64,000 nt of DNA from an uncultured Planctomycetia bacterium. GTDB taxonomy: Bacteria > Omnitrophota > Gorgyraeia > JACOVV01. Where the stretch lies: the NCBI GenBank assembly GCA_964372345.1, contig CAYJQR010000001.1:36825-100824 (forward strand), written 5' to 3'. The position numbers and the translations under genes were made by a program. Positions 9,988-19,761 of the stretch are shown here, piece after piece. The notes under the pieces are model-generated. The model was not told the origin of the DNA and searched no databases. It saw nothing but the letters and a program-made list of their open reading frames with translations. Within the stretch, counting starts at the first letter, position 1; each line of letters opens with the position of its first letter.

Positions 9988-11570
9988 AGAAAATGCTACT
10001 TACTTTTATCCTAGGGTGTTTATTCATGGGGGCGCAGGGTGATTGGCCCCTCATGGCCATTGACACAAAGACCCCTGCTAGCCAGAGCTTAACCGTTGAG
10101 GACCTGCGTCAACTGGAAGCGCGAGTGAAGGCGCTGGAGCAGGAGTTTGCCGGGGAAAGAGCAAAAGAGAAAAAGAGTTGGTTTGGTCAGTATCAGGAAA
10201 GACGAAAAGAAGAAAGGGCTCGTCAAGTAGAGAAGAAACGAATTCTTAAGGAGGAACGCGAAAGCTCAAAACAGCGGGCGGATCGTCTCTACGAAGAAGC
10301 CAAACAGCTGATACGAGGAAAAAGGTTTAAGGAAGCAAAGAAAGATTTGGAAGAAGTGGACCGGCTGGATCCCAATCGTCATTGGGTGAATGTTCTCTTG
10401 ATGGAGGTAGATTCGCGGATCCAGCGGGACGTCCGGAATGAGAGGGAAGAGCGGTTGCAACGACGGACTTGGCTGGTCAAACGGGAGGCCGGAACAGAAG
10501 AGCCAGAACCAGCAAAGCAAGGACCGATTCAGAAAAAGAGGGTGGAGAAAAAAGAAGGGACGGAATGGAAGAAACAAAGAGAAATAGAAGAGAAAAGGGA
10601 GAAATCAGAAAAAGATAAAAGACTTCAGGAAATAAGGGAAGAAAAACGGCGGGCCGCGGAAGAACAGAAATCGGGAAGAAAGAGAAAACAGGAAGAAAAG
10701 CGGGTTCAGGAAGAGAAAAGGAAAGAGGAGAAGACCGCCCAACTCAAAGAGAGAGCGGAGGCAAAGGCGATCTATCAAAGGGTAGCGGCGAAACGGAAGA
10801 AGAGTGACAAGAAGCGACGGGAGGAAGAGAAAGAGCAAAAACAGGCGGAAAAGGAAAGACAGGAAGCGGAGCGAGAGGAGAGGATTCAGAAAAGCCGGGA
10901 AGAAAAGAAATTAGTTGTTCTGGCCGAAGAAGACCTGAACGCGAGAGAAAGAGAAGCGAGACAATCGCGGAGCAAAGAGGCGGTAGATCCGGAGAAAGAA
11001 CAGGGCTTGGACGAAACGGCGTCTGAACAAGAGAGATTAGCGCGCGAGCAGAAGAGATTGGGAGAAGAATTCTTGAACTGGAAGGTCGCCAAGAAAAAAC
11101 CGCAGGAAAAGCCAACCTATAGTTCATTCTTAATACAGGGTGGAGAGACTGCTCTGGAAGTGAAGCAGTATAACGCGGCGATTGCCGCCTATGAAGCCGC
11201 TTTGAAGTTGGAGCCGGAATCAAGCCAAGCGCAGCGAGGAATACGCACGGCTCAAATGGCAAAAAAAGAGGAGGCAAGAAAGGCAATCCTGGCTCAATTA
11301 GATCGCCGGCAGCGAGTTGTTTCTAAACCGATTACGATTTATTTCCATGACGCAACTTTAGCTGAAATGCTCGAACATCTTCAGAAAATAAGCGGCGCCG
11401 ATTTTGTGATTTCTGATGAAGTCAAACAAGATCAGGATCGAAGAACGATCTTCATCCAGGAAGTGCCTTTAGAGGACGCCCTCCAGCAGATTCTCGAAGG
11501 ATATAAAGAATTCGTCTATTCCGTCAAAAACCAGACCGTTTCGATCACAAAACCTGTTACCGCTCACTGA
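9984..11570 (+). CDS. Lipoprotein with a long Lys/Glu-rich coiled coil, a TPR-like segment and a C-terminal secretin-N (N0/STN)-like domain. There is no secretin beta-barrel.
   Basis: Has a lipobox (FILGC), a stretch of about 250 aa of KE repeats and the TPR-like AAIAAYEAALKLEPES. The C-terminus ITIYFHDATLAEMLEHLQKISGADFVISDEVKQ...LEDALQQIL fits the secretin/TonB N-terminal short-domain pattern. Confidence 0.5.
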   Translation: MKKMLLTFILGCLFMGAQGDWPLMAIDTKTPASQSLTVEDLRQLEARVKALEQEFAGERAKEKKSWFGQYQERRKEERARQVEKKRILKEERESSKQRADRLYEEAKQLIRGKRFKEAKKDLEEVDRLDPNRHWVNVLLMEVDSRIQRDVRNEREERLQRRTWLVKREAGTEEPEPAKQGPIQKKRVEKKEGTEWKKQREIEEKREKSEKDKRLQEIREEKRRAAEEQKSGRKRKQEEKRVQEEKRKEEKTAQLKERAEAKAIYQRVAAKRKKSDKKRREEEKEQKQAEKERQEAEREERIQKSREEKKLVVLAEEDLNAREREARQSRSKEAVDPEKEQGLDETASEQERLAREQKRLGEEFLNWKVAKKKPQEKPTYSSFLIQGGETALEVKQYNAAIAAYEAALKLEPESSQAQRGIRTAQMAKKEEARKAILAQLDRRQRVVSKPITIYFHDATLAEMLEHLQKISGADFVISDEVKQDQDRRTIFIQEVPLEDALQQILEGYKEFVYSVKNQTVSITKPVTAH

Positions 11571-11574
11571 AGGT

Positions 11575-12654
11575 TTGGCCATGGACCCTCTACTCAGGGG
11601 AAAACTTTCCCAATTAACCAATCGGCTTAACGAGCTGGCGAAGCTGTTGGAGTTGGACGAAAAGAAAAAAGAGGCCGCCGGCATAGAAACGCTGATGAGC
11701 GAGCCCGGTTTCTGGAACCGGCAGGATTCTTCCAGCAAAATTTCATCGCTCAAATCGCTCAAGAAGACCATTGACGTCCTGACTCAGGCCCAGACCCACG
11801 CGAAGGAATTGGCGGAATTAGGAGAAATCGCCGAGGCCGCGGAGATGGAACGGGAGTTAATGGCGCTGGAAAAGTCGGTGGCGGAGTTGGAGTTTGCATC
11901 CCTTCTGGGAGGAAAACAGGATATCCGCCCCGCGATCATTTCGATTCACGCGGGGGCCGGAGGGACCGAGAGCTGTGATTGGACGGCGATGCTCTATCGG
12001 ATATACTCCCGATGGGCGGATAGAAAGGGATTCAAGATCCGTGAAATTGATTTTCTCGCCGGTGAAGAAGCGGGGATTAAAAGTGTCTCCGCGATGATTA
12101 CCGGAGATTACGCCTACGGTTATTTGAAGTCGGAGAGAGGTGTTCACCGGCTTGTCCGTATTTCCCCGTTTGACGCCAATAAAAAGCGGCACACCTCCTT
12201 CGCTTCCGTGGACGTTATCCCCGAGGTTTCAGAGGATATTAAAATTGATATTAAGGAAGATGACCTTCGGATTGACACCTATCGGGCCGGAGGAAAAGGG
12301 GGACAGCACGTCAACATGACCGACTCGGCGGTCCGTATCACCCACACTCCAACGGGGATCGTCGTGCAGTGCCAGAACGAACGTTCCCAGCATCAAAATA
12401 AGGAAGTGGCCATGAAGATGCTGCGGGGTAAATTATATGAGGTGGAAGAGCAGAAGCGGGAGGCCGAAATGGCCAAACATCACGGCAGTAAAAAGAAGAT
12501 CGAGTGGGGGAGCCAGATCCGCTCCTACGTTTTGCATCCCTATAATATGGTGAAAGATCATCGAACTGACACGGAGACTTCTAATACCTCCGCGGTATTG
12601 GACGGGGAGCTTGATTTATTCACGGAAGCGTATTTGAAATGGCGCCTGAGATGA
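11575..12654 (+). CDS. prfB: Peptide chain release factor 2.
   Basis: Contains the SPF tripeptide (RISPFDAN) and the GGQ motif ([19 protein letters not shown]). It aligns end to end with RF2 as one continuous ORF with no frameshift. The start is probably the ATG at 11581. Confidence 0.9.
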   Translation: MAMDPLLRGKLSQLTNRLNELAKLLELDEKKKEAAGIETLMSEPGFWNRQDSSSKISSLKSLKKTIDVLTQAQTHAKELAELGEIAEAAEMERELMALEKSVAELEFASLLGGKQDIRPAIISIHAGAGGTESCDWTAMLYRIYSRWADRKGFKIREIDFLAGEEAGIKSVSAMITGDYAYGYLKSERGVHRLVRISPFDANKKRHTSFASVDVIPEVSEDIKIDIKEDDLRIDTYRAGGKGGQHVNMTDSAVRITHTPTGIVVQCQNERSQHQNKEVAMKMLRGKLYEVEEQKREAEMAKHHGSKKKIEWGSQIRSYVLHPYNMVKDHRTDTETSNTSAVLDGELDLFTEAYLKWRLR

Positions 12655-12664
12655 GGGGTTTTTC

Positions 12665-15370
12665 ATGCTGAGCTGGATTCTTAAAAAAATTGTCGGTACC
12701 CAGAATGAAAGAGAATTGCGCCGGTTGATCCCCGCGGCGCAAAAGATCAACGCTTTAGAACAGGAGATTCAGAAGTTATCCGATGAAGAACTCCGGAATA
12801 AAACCGAAGAATTTAAAGAACGGTTGGTTAAGAAAGTGGGCCCTGAGAAACTCTATCTCAGGCGAAAGCACTCGCCGGTGTTGGTGGAAAAAGGAGACGC
12901 GGAGTATGAAGAATACCATGCGGCGCGCGAGGCGATTCATAGCGCTTTAAACGAACTCTTGCCGGAAGCGTTCGCGGTGGTGCGGGAGGCGGGGCGGCGC
13001 GTGCTCAAAATGCGCCATTTTGACGTCCAGTTGATCGGCGGCATTGTTCTTCACCAAGGAAAAATCGCGGAGATGGCCACCGGCGAGGGAAAAACGCTCG
13101 TGGCGACCCTGACGGTTTATCTGAACGCGCTCACCGGAAAAGGGGTGCATGTCATCACGGTCAACGATTATCTGGCGCGGCGAGACCGCGCCTGGATGGG
13201 GCCGTTGTATGAATTTCTGGGACTGACGATCGGCGTGATCCAGCATGATATGGATCCCGAGGAACGCAAAAAAGCGTACGCCTGCGATATCACCTACGGG
13301 ACGAACAACGAGTACGGTTTTGATTATCTGCGCGACAACATGGTCATTCGCAAAGAGGACAGGGTCCAGCAAAGGGGACTGCACTACGCCATCGTTGATG
13401 AAGTGGACAGCATCCTGATTGACGAGGCGAGAACGCCGCTCATCATTTCCGGGCCGGCGGAGGAATCCACGGAGAAATATTACGTGATTAACCGGATCAT
13501 CCCGCGGCTTGAGAAAGAAAAAGATTATCAGATTGACGAGAAAGCCAATACGGTCAATCTCACCGAAACAGGAATTCATCAAGTGGAAGAGATGCTGGCG
13601 GTCAAGAATCTTTATGAAGACGTGAATATGGATCTAGTTCATCATGTGAATCAGGCGCTCAAAGCGCATACTCTTTTCCAGAAGGATGTGGACTACGTGG
13701 TGAAAGACGGAGAGGTGCTTATCGTTGATGAGTTTACCGGCCGTTTAATGCCGGGGCGGCGGTACTCCGACGGCCTTCATCAGGCGCTTGAAGCGAAAGA
13801 AGGGGTCGCCATTGAACGGGAAAACCAGACGCTGGCGTCCATTACTTTCCAAAACTATTTCCGCATGTACGATAAACTGGGTGGAATGACAGGGACGGCG
13901 GCGACGGAAGCCCAAGAATTTCACGCGATTTACAAATTGGATGTGGTTGTGGTTCCGGCGAATAAACCGATGAAACGGACTAATCATCCGGACGTCATTT
14001 ACCGGACCGAGCGGGAGAAATTCAACGCCGTCATCGCTGAAATCGCCCAGCTTTACAAAGAAGGGCGGCCGGTGCTGGTCGGAACCATTTCCATTGACAA
14101 GTCCGAGAAACTGAGCGCCCTATTGACACGGAAAGGAATCCCGCACCACGTCCTCAACGCGAAATACCACGAGAAAGAAGCCGAGATCATCGCGCGGGCC
14201 GGGCAGAAATTCTCCGTTACGATCTCTACCAACATGGCGGGCCGGGGAACCGACATCATTCTGGGGGAAGGAATCGCCGGCCTTGGAGGATTGCATGTTT
14301 TAGGGACGGAGCGCCATGAAGCGCGGCGGATTGATAACCAGCTTCGAGGAAGATCAGGGCGTCAAGGAGATCCCGGATCGAGCCGGTTTTATCTTTCGTT
14401 AGAGGATGATCTGATGCGGATTTTTGGCGGTGACCGGATTTCTGGAATGATGTCAAAACTAGGAATGGAAGAGGGGCAGGACATTCAGCATCCTTTAGTC
14501 ACCCGTTCCATCGAAACCGCGCAAAAACGGGTAGAGTCGAGAAACTTTGAAATACGAAAACATCTTTTGGAATACGATAACGTAATGAATAAGCAGAGAG
14601 AAGTGATTTACCAGGAAAGAAATGAAGTGATCGAAGGAGAAGATCTACGCTCACACGTTCTTGAAATGATCGAAGAGGCGATCCGGAATACTTTCGGCCG
14701 TTATGTGAACCCGCAGGTGGCGCCGGATCAGTGGGATCTGGCCGGGTTAACCGAGTGGGCGAGAAGAGGGCTGGGACTGCGGTGGGAAACGGCGAAAGAG
14801 TCGGGTTTAGAGGCGAGGCAAATCGAAGCGTCATTACTGGAGGGGGCTTTAAAATCGTATCAGGAAAAAGAGGAACAGCTGACCGCGGAACTGATGCGCC
14901 AGTTAGAGAGAAGCGTTTTATTGCAGATCATTGATTCCAAATGGAAAGACCATCTCTACGCGATGGACAATCTTCGGGAGGGGATCGGACTCAGGGCTTA
15001 TGGTCAGCGGGATCCGCTGGTGGAGTATCAGCATGAGGCGTATATCATGTTCACCGACATGGTGGAGTCGGTCAAACAGGAATCGGTGGAGATGCTGATG
15101 AAAGTCCAGTTGATGCGACGGGAACCCAAGCCGGCGCGCGGCATATTGGAGACGATTCCTCAGAAACTGGTTCATGAGACCCCCTCCGCTCTGGCGGGAA
15201 ATCCGTTGAAATCGGTGGAAGAGGCGATACCGGGGAGCGGGGCCCCATCGGCGAAATCAATGCTCGGCGGCCCGCAGCCGGTCCACCGCCAGACTCCCAA
15301 GGTGGGGCGCAATGATCCCTGCCCCTGCGGGAGCGGGAAGAAGTACAAGAAATGCTGCGGGGCTGTTTGA
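12665..15370 (+). CDS. secA: Preprotein translocase ATPase SecA.
   Basis: The full-length 901 aa product has DEAD-motor motifs ([33 protein letters not shown]) and the C-terminal zinc-binding tail [14 protein letters not shown]. Confidence 0.95.
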   Translation: MLSWILKKIVGTQNERELRRLIPAAQKINALEQEIQKLSDEELRNKTEEFKERLVKKVGPEKLYLRRKHSPVLVEKGDAEYEEYHAAREAIHSALNELLPEAFAVVREAGRRVLKMRHFDVQLIGGIVLHQGKIAEMATGEGKTLVATLTVYLNALTGKGVHVITVNDYLARRDRAWMGPLYEFLGLTIGVIQHDMDPEERKKAYACDITYGTNNEYGFDYLRDNMVIRKEDRVQQRGLHYAIVDEVDSILIDEARTPLIISGPAEESTEKYYVINRIIPRLEKEKDYQIDEKANTVNLTETGIHQVEEMLAVKNLYEDVNMDLVHHVNQALKAHTLFQKDVDYVVKDGEVLIVDEFTGRLMPGRRYSDGLHQALEAKEGVAIERENQTLASITFQNYFRMYDKLGGMTGTAATEAQEFHAIYKLDVVVVPANKPMKRTNHPDVIYRTEREKFNAVIAEIAQLYKEGRPVLVGTISIDKSEKLSALLTRKGIPHHVLNAKYHEKEAEIIARAGQKFSVTISTNMAGRGTDIILGEGIAGLGGLHVLGTERHEARRIDNQLRGRSGRQGDPGSSRFYLSLEDDLMRIFGGDRISGMMSKLGMEEGQDIQHPLVTRSIETAQKRVESRNFEIRKHLLEYDNVMNKQREVIYQERNEVIEGEDLRSHVLEMIEEAIRNTFGRYVNPQVAPDQWDLAGLTEWARRGLGLRWETAKESGLEARQIEASLLEGALKSYQEKEEQLTAELMRQLERSVLLQIIDSKWKDHLYAMDNLREGIGLRAYGQRDPLVEYQHEAYIMFTDMVESVKQESVEMLMKVQLMRREPKPARGILETIPQKLVHETPSALAGNPLKSVEEAIPGSGAPSAKSMLGGPQPVHRQTPKVGRNDPCPCGSGKKYKKCCGAV

Positions 15371-15372
15371 AA

Positions 15373-16935
15373 ATGAATGTATTATCGGCGCTACTACTTG
15401 TTCTTAGTTATCCCCCCTTTAATTTCTGGTGGCTGGCGTGGCTTGGATTGATTCCGTTATTCACTTCACTCACCAAAACAAAGGATAGTAAACAATCATT
15501 TCTTCGGGGGTATCTCTTTGGTTTTCTTTTTTGGCTGGGAACTATTGGGTGGGTGGGCTACGTCACTATTTTCGGCGCCTTGATGCTGATCCTTTATTTA
15601 TCTCTTTATTCAGGTATCTTTGGATGGATTTTTTGGCGATTATGGAAGAAAAAAATTAGAGATTTTCGATTCATTCTGCTCATTTCTGGCGCGTGGACAA
15701 TCCTGGAATGGATTCGTTCTCATCTCTTCACTGGTTTTGGTTGGAATCTCTTGGCGTATTCCCAGGCGCCGAATCTACCGGTGATCCAAATCGCGGATCT
15801 CGTCGGGGCGTTTGGGGTGTCGTTTTTGGTGGTGTGGGTGAATGGGGCATTATTTTTGGCTAGGAGCTGGGAGCTAGGAGCTGGGAGCAAAGGCAAAATC
15901 AAAAGTTTTTTCTCCCAGCTCTTAGCTCCTAGCTCTCAGTTGACTTTTCTTCTGGTTATTCTCGTTTGTTCCTACGGTTTCTATCGTCTCAACGAAAAGA
16001 TACCCACAATTCCCGTCTCGATTGCTGTGATCCAAGGAAACGTCCCGCAAGACATCAAATGGGAAGATCAGTATCGTGAAGCGCTATTTCAACGGTATGA
16101 ACTCTTGACAAAAACGGCGACCTTGGATCATCCGCAGTTAGTCATCTGGCCGGAAACTTCCATCGTGGAAGATTTCAGCAATCCTGAGATTCAGAACCGA
16201 ATCGCCGGCATCGCCAGAGAGGCAAACAGTTTTCTCTTGGTCGGCGCTCCCTGGTCGAGTCAAACATCGGAAAATGGAAAATGCCCGCCGGAGGCGGGTC
16301 TGCCTCTTCAGCCGAAGGCTGATCAGCCTCAGGCTGAGGCAGAGAAAATAGAAAATAAAGAAGACATCGGCGGGCACTATTTCAACAGCGCTATTTTATT
16401 TGATCCTGAGGGGAACCTCGTTCAGAAATATGACAAACTCCATTTGGTTCCCTATGGTGAGTTTATTCCTTTTGAGAAACAATTCCCGTTTCAACGGAAC
16501 TGGATCGTCACCGGAGATTTTACTAGTGGGAAAGAACACACGGTCTTTACTACTCCCAGCTCCCTTCGACTTCGCTCAGGGCAGGCCCAGCTCCCTTCGA
16601 CTTCGCTCAGGGCAGGCCCAGCTCCTAGCCAGGTGGGTTTTTCCGTCTTGATCTGTTTCGAAGACCTCTTTCCTGATTTAGTTCGTCAATTTGTCAAGAA
16701 AGGGGCGCGGCTTCTGATCAATATTTCCAACGACGCGTGGTTTGGTGAAAGCGGCGCGGCGTTTCAGCACGCGCAGGCGTCTGTTTTTCGCGCGGTAGAG
16801 AACCGGGTCCCGGTGGTGCGGGCGACGAATACCGGTTTCAGTTGTTTCATTGATTCCCGCGGCCGTATTTATGAAAAGGCGCCGCCGTTTAAGACAGGAT
16901 ATCTCACAGCAAAGGTGGAAATCCCGAGCACTTGA
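15373..16935 (+). CDS. lnt: Apolipoprotein N-acyltransferase, carrying three in-frame repeat-element insertions.
   Basis: It has an N-terminal polytopic membrane domain plus a CN-hydrolase domain with a Glu (VIWPETS), Lys (YDKLHLVPYGEFIP) and Cys (ICFEDLFP) triad. The start was moved to ATG 15373 (MNVLSALL), which overlaps the secA stop. Confidence 0.85.
   Translation: MNVLSALLLVLSYPPFNFWWLAWLGLIPLFTSLTKTKDSKQSFLRGYLFGFLFWLGTIGWVGYVTIFGALMLILYLSLYSGIFGWIFWRLWKKKIRDFRFILLISGAWTILEWIRSHLFTGFGWNLLAYSQAPNLPVIQIADLVGAFGVSFLVVWVNGALFLARSWELGAGSKGKIKSFFSQLLAPSSQLTFLLVILVCSYGFYRLNEKIPTIPVSIAVIQGNVPQDIKWEDQYREALFQRYELLTKTATLDHPQLVIWPETSIVEDFSNPEIQNRIAGIAREANSFLLVGAPWSSQTSENGKCPPEAGLPLQPKADQPQAEAEKIENKEDIGGHYFNSAILFDPEGNLVQKYDKLHLVPYGEFIPFEKQFPFQRNWIVTGDFTSGKEHTVFTTPSSLRLRSGQAQLPSTSLRAGPAPSQVGFSVLICFEDLFPDLVRQFVKKGARLLINISNDAWFGESGAAFQHAQASVFRAVENRVPVVRATNTGFSCFIDSRGRIYEKAPPFKTGYLTAKVEIPST
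15859..15939. repeat. SWELGA-type palindromic element, copy B1, inserted in frame in lnt.
   Basis: Sequence is gctaggagctgggagctaggagctgggagc, a 24-nt interior, then ctcccagctcttagctcctagctctcag. It encodes ARSWELGAGSKGKIKSFFSQLLAPSSQL. A second copy sits in metG at 38848-38932. Confidence 0.8.
16269..16357. repeat. Composite miniature element in lnt: (GGAAAAT)2, a GC hairpin cccgccggaggcggg, a GGCTGATCAGCC-type palindrome, then (GAAAATA)2.
   Basis: Heptamers bracket two hairpins. It encodes ENGKCPPEAGLPLQPKADQPQAEAEKIENKE in frame. A sister copy sits in metG at 38472-38540. Confidence 0.8.
16555..16625. repeat. 31-bp direct tandem repeat (2.3 copies) inside lnt.
   Basis: The unit cccagctcccttcgacttcgctcagggcagg is repeated. 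It encodes SSLRLRSGQAQLPSTSLRAGPAPS in frame. Confidence 0.85.
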
Positions 16936-16974
16936 CAAATGTATATGACTATGATATACCTAAAGTAGGCAGAT

Positions 16975-17286
16975 ATGGAAGAGCTCTCCCAGTGTGTTGG
17001 TTTTGAGTGGGATAAGGGAAATAGCCAGAAGAACTGGCTAAAGCATCATGTCAGTCCGATGGAGTGTGAAGAATTATTTCTAAATCGGCCGCTGGTGCTT
17101 GCCGAGGATGTAAAACATTCCCATCAAGAAAAACGTTATTACGCTTTAGGGCAGACGGATATGAAGCGGTTTCTTTATATTGTATTTGTTCTCCGAAACC
17201 GATATGTCCGAGTGATCTCTGCCAGAGACATGAGTCGAAACGAAAGAGAGGCATATCTCAATGACGAAAAGAAAACAAATCCCTAA
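16975..17286 (+). CDS. brnT: BrnT-family toxin (DUF497 ribonuclease toxin).
   Basis: The 103 aa product has the N-terminal WDxxKxxxNxxKHxV signature (FEWDKGNSQKNWLKHHVS) and R/ISAR-like C-terminal residues (VISARDMSRNE). Confidence 0.8.
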   Translation: MEELSQCVGFEWDKGNSQKNWLKHHVSPMECEELFLNRPLVLAEDVKHSHQEKRYYALGQTDMKRFLYIVFVLRNRYVRVISARDMSRNEREAYLNDEKKTNP

Positions 17287-17542
17287 TTTTCGATCCGAAG
17301 ATGAGGAACGGCGATTCTGGGATTCCCATGATTCGACTGGTTACATTAATTGGAAAAAAGCTAAGCGAATAACGTTCCCGAACTTAAAACCATCAACCCG
17401 GACAATTTCTCTGCGGCTGCCGGAATCCATGCTGGAAGAATTGAGACTCTTGGCGAATAAGCAGGATGTCCCCTATCAGTCGCTCATGAAAGTATTCCTA
17501 GCGGAAAAGATAGGAGAAAAATTAGGAACTTACAAAGCATGA
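17261..17542 (+). CDS. brnA: BrnA-family antitoxin (CopG/RHH-like).
   Basis: The 93 aa product overlaps the brnT 3' end. Its C-terminal ribbon-helix-helix segment (SLRLPESMLEELRLLANKQDVPYQSLMKVFLAE) is typical of BrnA. Confidence 0.75.
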   Translation: MTKRKQIPNFRSEDEERRFWDSHDSTGYINWKKAKRITFPNLKPSTRTISLRLPESMLEELRLLANKQDVPYQSLMKVFLAEKIGEKLGTYKA

Positions 17543-18318
17543 TCCCACTCACGCGTCCGTTAGTGTTCCTCGATTTGGAATCCACCGGCGTCTGGCCGGA
17601 GAAAGACCGGATTGTCGAGATTGCCATGATCCGGCTCACCCCCGATGGCAAGGAAGAAATTTTCGAAACCAGAGTCAACCCAGAGATGAAAATGCCAAAA
17701 GAGGTGATCGCGATTCATGGAATTACCGACGACGCGGTGAAAGACGCCCCCATTTTTTCGCGGATCGCGCCAAAGGTTGTCGAGTGGCTGACGGGGGCCG
17801 ATGTGGGAGGTTTTTCATTGGAACGGTTCGATCTATTGATGCTGGGACAGGAATTTTCGCGGGCGGGAATCAAGTTTGATTTCAGCCCTTGTTTTTTAGT
17901 GGACGCGCAGAGAATTTTTGTTCTAAAGGAACGGCGCAATCTGGAATCGGCCTGCCGTTTGTATTTGGGCAAACCGTTAGAGAACGCGCATTCGGCCATG
18001 GCCGATACGCGGGCGACGCTTGATGTTTTCAAAGCCCAGCTGGAGCGCTATCCAGACCTCCCCAGAGAAGTAAAAGGGATCCATCTCTTTACACGCCAGG
18101 AGGAAACCACTTTCGCGGACAAAACGCGGCTCTTCCGGTGGTGGAACGAAGAACTCCATTTCAACTTCGGCAAAGGGGACGTCTATGGGAGATCCCTTCG
18201 CGAAGTGGCTCAGAACAACCGGGGCTACCTGCAATGGATGATGAGCCGTGATTTCTCCCCCGAAGTCAAGAAAATCGTAGAAGACGCTCTCAATAATAAA
18301 TTCCCTGTGCAGTCGTAG
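17539..18318 (+). CDS. DnaQ-like 3'-5' exonuclease (DEDDh family).
   Basis: Has Exo I FLDLESTG, the IHGITD motif and the C-terminal motif H-x4-D (HSAMAD). The ATGA start overlaps the brnA stop. Confidence 0.75.
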   Translation: MIPLTRPLVFLDLESTGVWPEKDRIVEIAMIRLTPDGKEEIFETRVNPEMKMPKEVIAIHGITDDAVKDAPIFSRIAPKVVEWLTGADVGGFSLERFDLLMLGQEFSRAGIKFDFSPCFLVDAQRIFVLKERRNLESACRLYLGKPLENAHSAMADTRATLDVFKAQLERYPDLPREVKGIHLFTRQEETTFADKTRLFRWWNEELHFNFGKGDVYGRSLREVAQNNRGYLQWMMSRDFSPEVKKIVEDALNNKFPVQS

Positions 18319-18337
18319 ACAGATTCACCAATTTCCA

Positions 18338-18367
18338 TTGACCTAACCTCTCAATTCCCTTTATAAT
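18338..18367 (+). promoter_or_regulatory. Sigma70-like promoter upstream of lysS.
   Basis: TTGACC (18338-18343), a 17-18 nt spacer and TATAAT (18362-18367), 20 nt before the lysS ATG. Confidence 0.5.
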
Positions 18368-18386
18368 AATAAGTTGTAGAAAACCT

Positions 18387-19760
18387 ATGGAAGAGACACT
18401 GATTGAACAGCGCCGGGCAAAGCGCCAGGCGTTGCTGGAGAAGGGGTTAGAACCGTATGGCCGCCGCTTTGAGCGGTCGCAGACGATCGCTCAAATCCGG
18501 GCTCAATTCCAAGAAGGGAAAGAAGTTCGGATTGCCGGACGCGTCATGACTCTCCGGAGCCATGGGAAAAGCGCTTTTGCCGATATTCAGGATGAAAAAG
18601 GCCGCCTACAGATTTATGTCAAGCAGGAAGAGTTAGGGCCGGAACAGTACACGCTCTTTGAAATGCTGGACATGGGAGACTGGATCGGCTGTGAGGGAAA
18701 ACTGTTCACCACCAAAAAAGGGGAACAGACGGTTCACGTCGTCAAATTCTGGCTTCTCTCCAAGAATTTAAGGCCGATGCCGGAAAAATGGCATGGGCTC
18801 AAAGACGTCGAGACCCGGTTCCGCCAGCGCTATGTGGATTTGATCGTTAATGATGAGGTCCGGGAAGTTTTTCAAAAGCGGAGCGTGATCATCCGGAAAA
18901 TCCGCGAAGAGCTGGACCGGCGGGAATTCCTCGAAGTAGAGACGCCGATGATGCAGCAGATTCCCGGAGGAGCGGCGGCCCGCCCGTTTATCACGCGCCA
19001 TAACGCCCTCGGCATGGATCTCTATTTGAGGGTGGCGCCGGAACTGTATCTCAAACGGCTTTTGGTCGGCGGGATCGAGAAAGTCTATGAGATCAACCGG
19101 AATTTCAGAAACGAGGGGCTTTCGCGCCGGCATAATCCGGAATTCACGATGCTTGAGGTGTATCAGGCGTATGCCGATTACACCGACATGATGCGGCTCT
19201 GCGAGGAATTGATCGTGGCGGCGGCCGTCTCGTGCGGGAGCCCGATCGGGACCGGCGCGACGGCGGCTCCATGGAAACGAATCCCTTATTGGGAATCGTT
19301 CCGCCATTTCGCCGGCGTTGACTTAGAGAAAGAAAAAAATCTTCAGTCAGATTTTGTCAATGGGCTTTTTGAAAAAGAGGTGGAACCGAAATTGACGGCG
19401 CCAACGTTCATTACCGATTATCCTTCTTCCCTATGCCCTCTTTCAAAAACAAAGCCGGGGAGACCGGAGATCGCAGAACGATTTGAACTCTATATCGGCG
19501 GTATTGAAATCGCCAACGCCTATTCGGAACAGAATGATCCGGTGATTCAGCGGCAGAGGTTTGAGGAACAATTGGAGGAGGCGCGCCGTGACGGGAACCA
19601 CACTCCGGTGATGGATGACGATTATATCCGCGCGTTGGAGTATGGAATGCCTCCGGCGGGGGGATTGGGGATTGGCATTGACCGGCTGGTGATGCTTCTG
19701 ACGGGACAGGAGTCCATACGGGATGTGATTTTATTCCCGCAGATGAAGCCGGAGGGATAG
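18387..19760 (+). CDS. lysS: Lysine--tRNA ligase (class II).
   Basis: Has an OB-fold N-terminus and class II motifs (FRNEGLSRRHNPEFTMLEVYQAY; GGLGIGIDRLVMLLT). Confidence 0.9.
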   Translation: MEETLIEQRRAKRQALLEKGLEPYGRRFERSQTIAQIRAQFQEGKEVRIAGRVMTLRSHGKSAFADIQDEKGRLQIYVKQEELGPEQYTLFEMLDMGDWIGCEGKLFTTKKGEQTVHVVKFWLLSKNLRPMPEKWHGLKDVETRFRQRYVDLIVNDEVREVFQKRSVIIRKIREELDRREFLEVETPMMQQIPGGAAARPFITRHNALGMDLYLRVAPELYLKRLLVGGIEKVYEINRNFRNEGLSRRHNPEFTMLEVYQAYADYTDMMRLCEELIVAAAVSCGSPIGTGATAAPWKRIPYWESFRHFAGVDLEKEKNLQSDFVNGLFEKEVEPKLTAPTFITDYPSSLCPLSKTKPGRPEIAERFELYIGGIEIANAYSEQNDPVIQRQRFEEQLEEARRDGNHTPVMDDDYIRALEYGMPPAGGLGIGIDRLVMLLTGQESIRDVILFPQMKPEG

Positions 19761-19761
19761 G

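Noticed and set aside
10266-11286. Minus-strand ORFs of 103-180 aa (10266-10577, 10605-10838, 10744-11286)
   Set aside because: They are antisense shadows of the low-complexity KE-rich coiled-coil region of the 528-aa lipoprotein. Their translations are Pro/Leu/Phe low-complexity with no independent support.
11575-12654. Looked for the programmed +1 frameshift site (CUU UGA C) typical of prfB
   Set aside because: The ORF is continuous from its start through the GGQ motif with no internal in-frame UGA. A fraction of bacteria lack the frameshift, so this is unremarkable.
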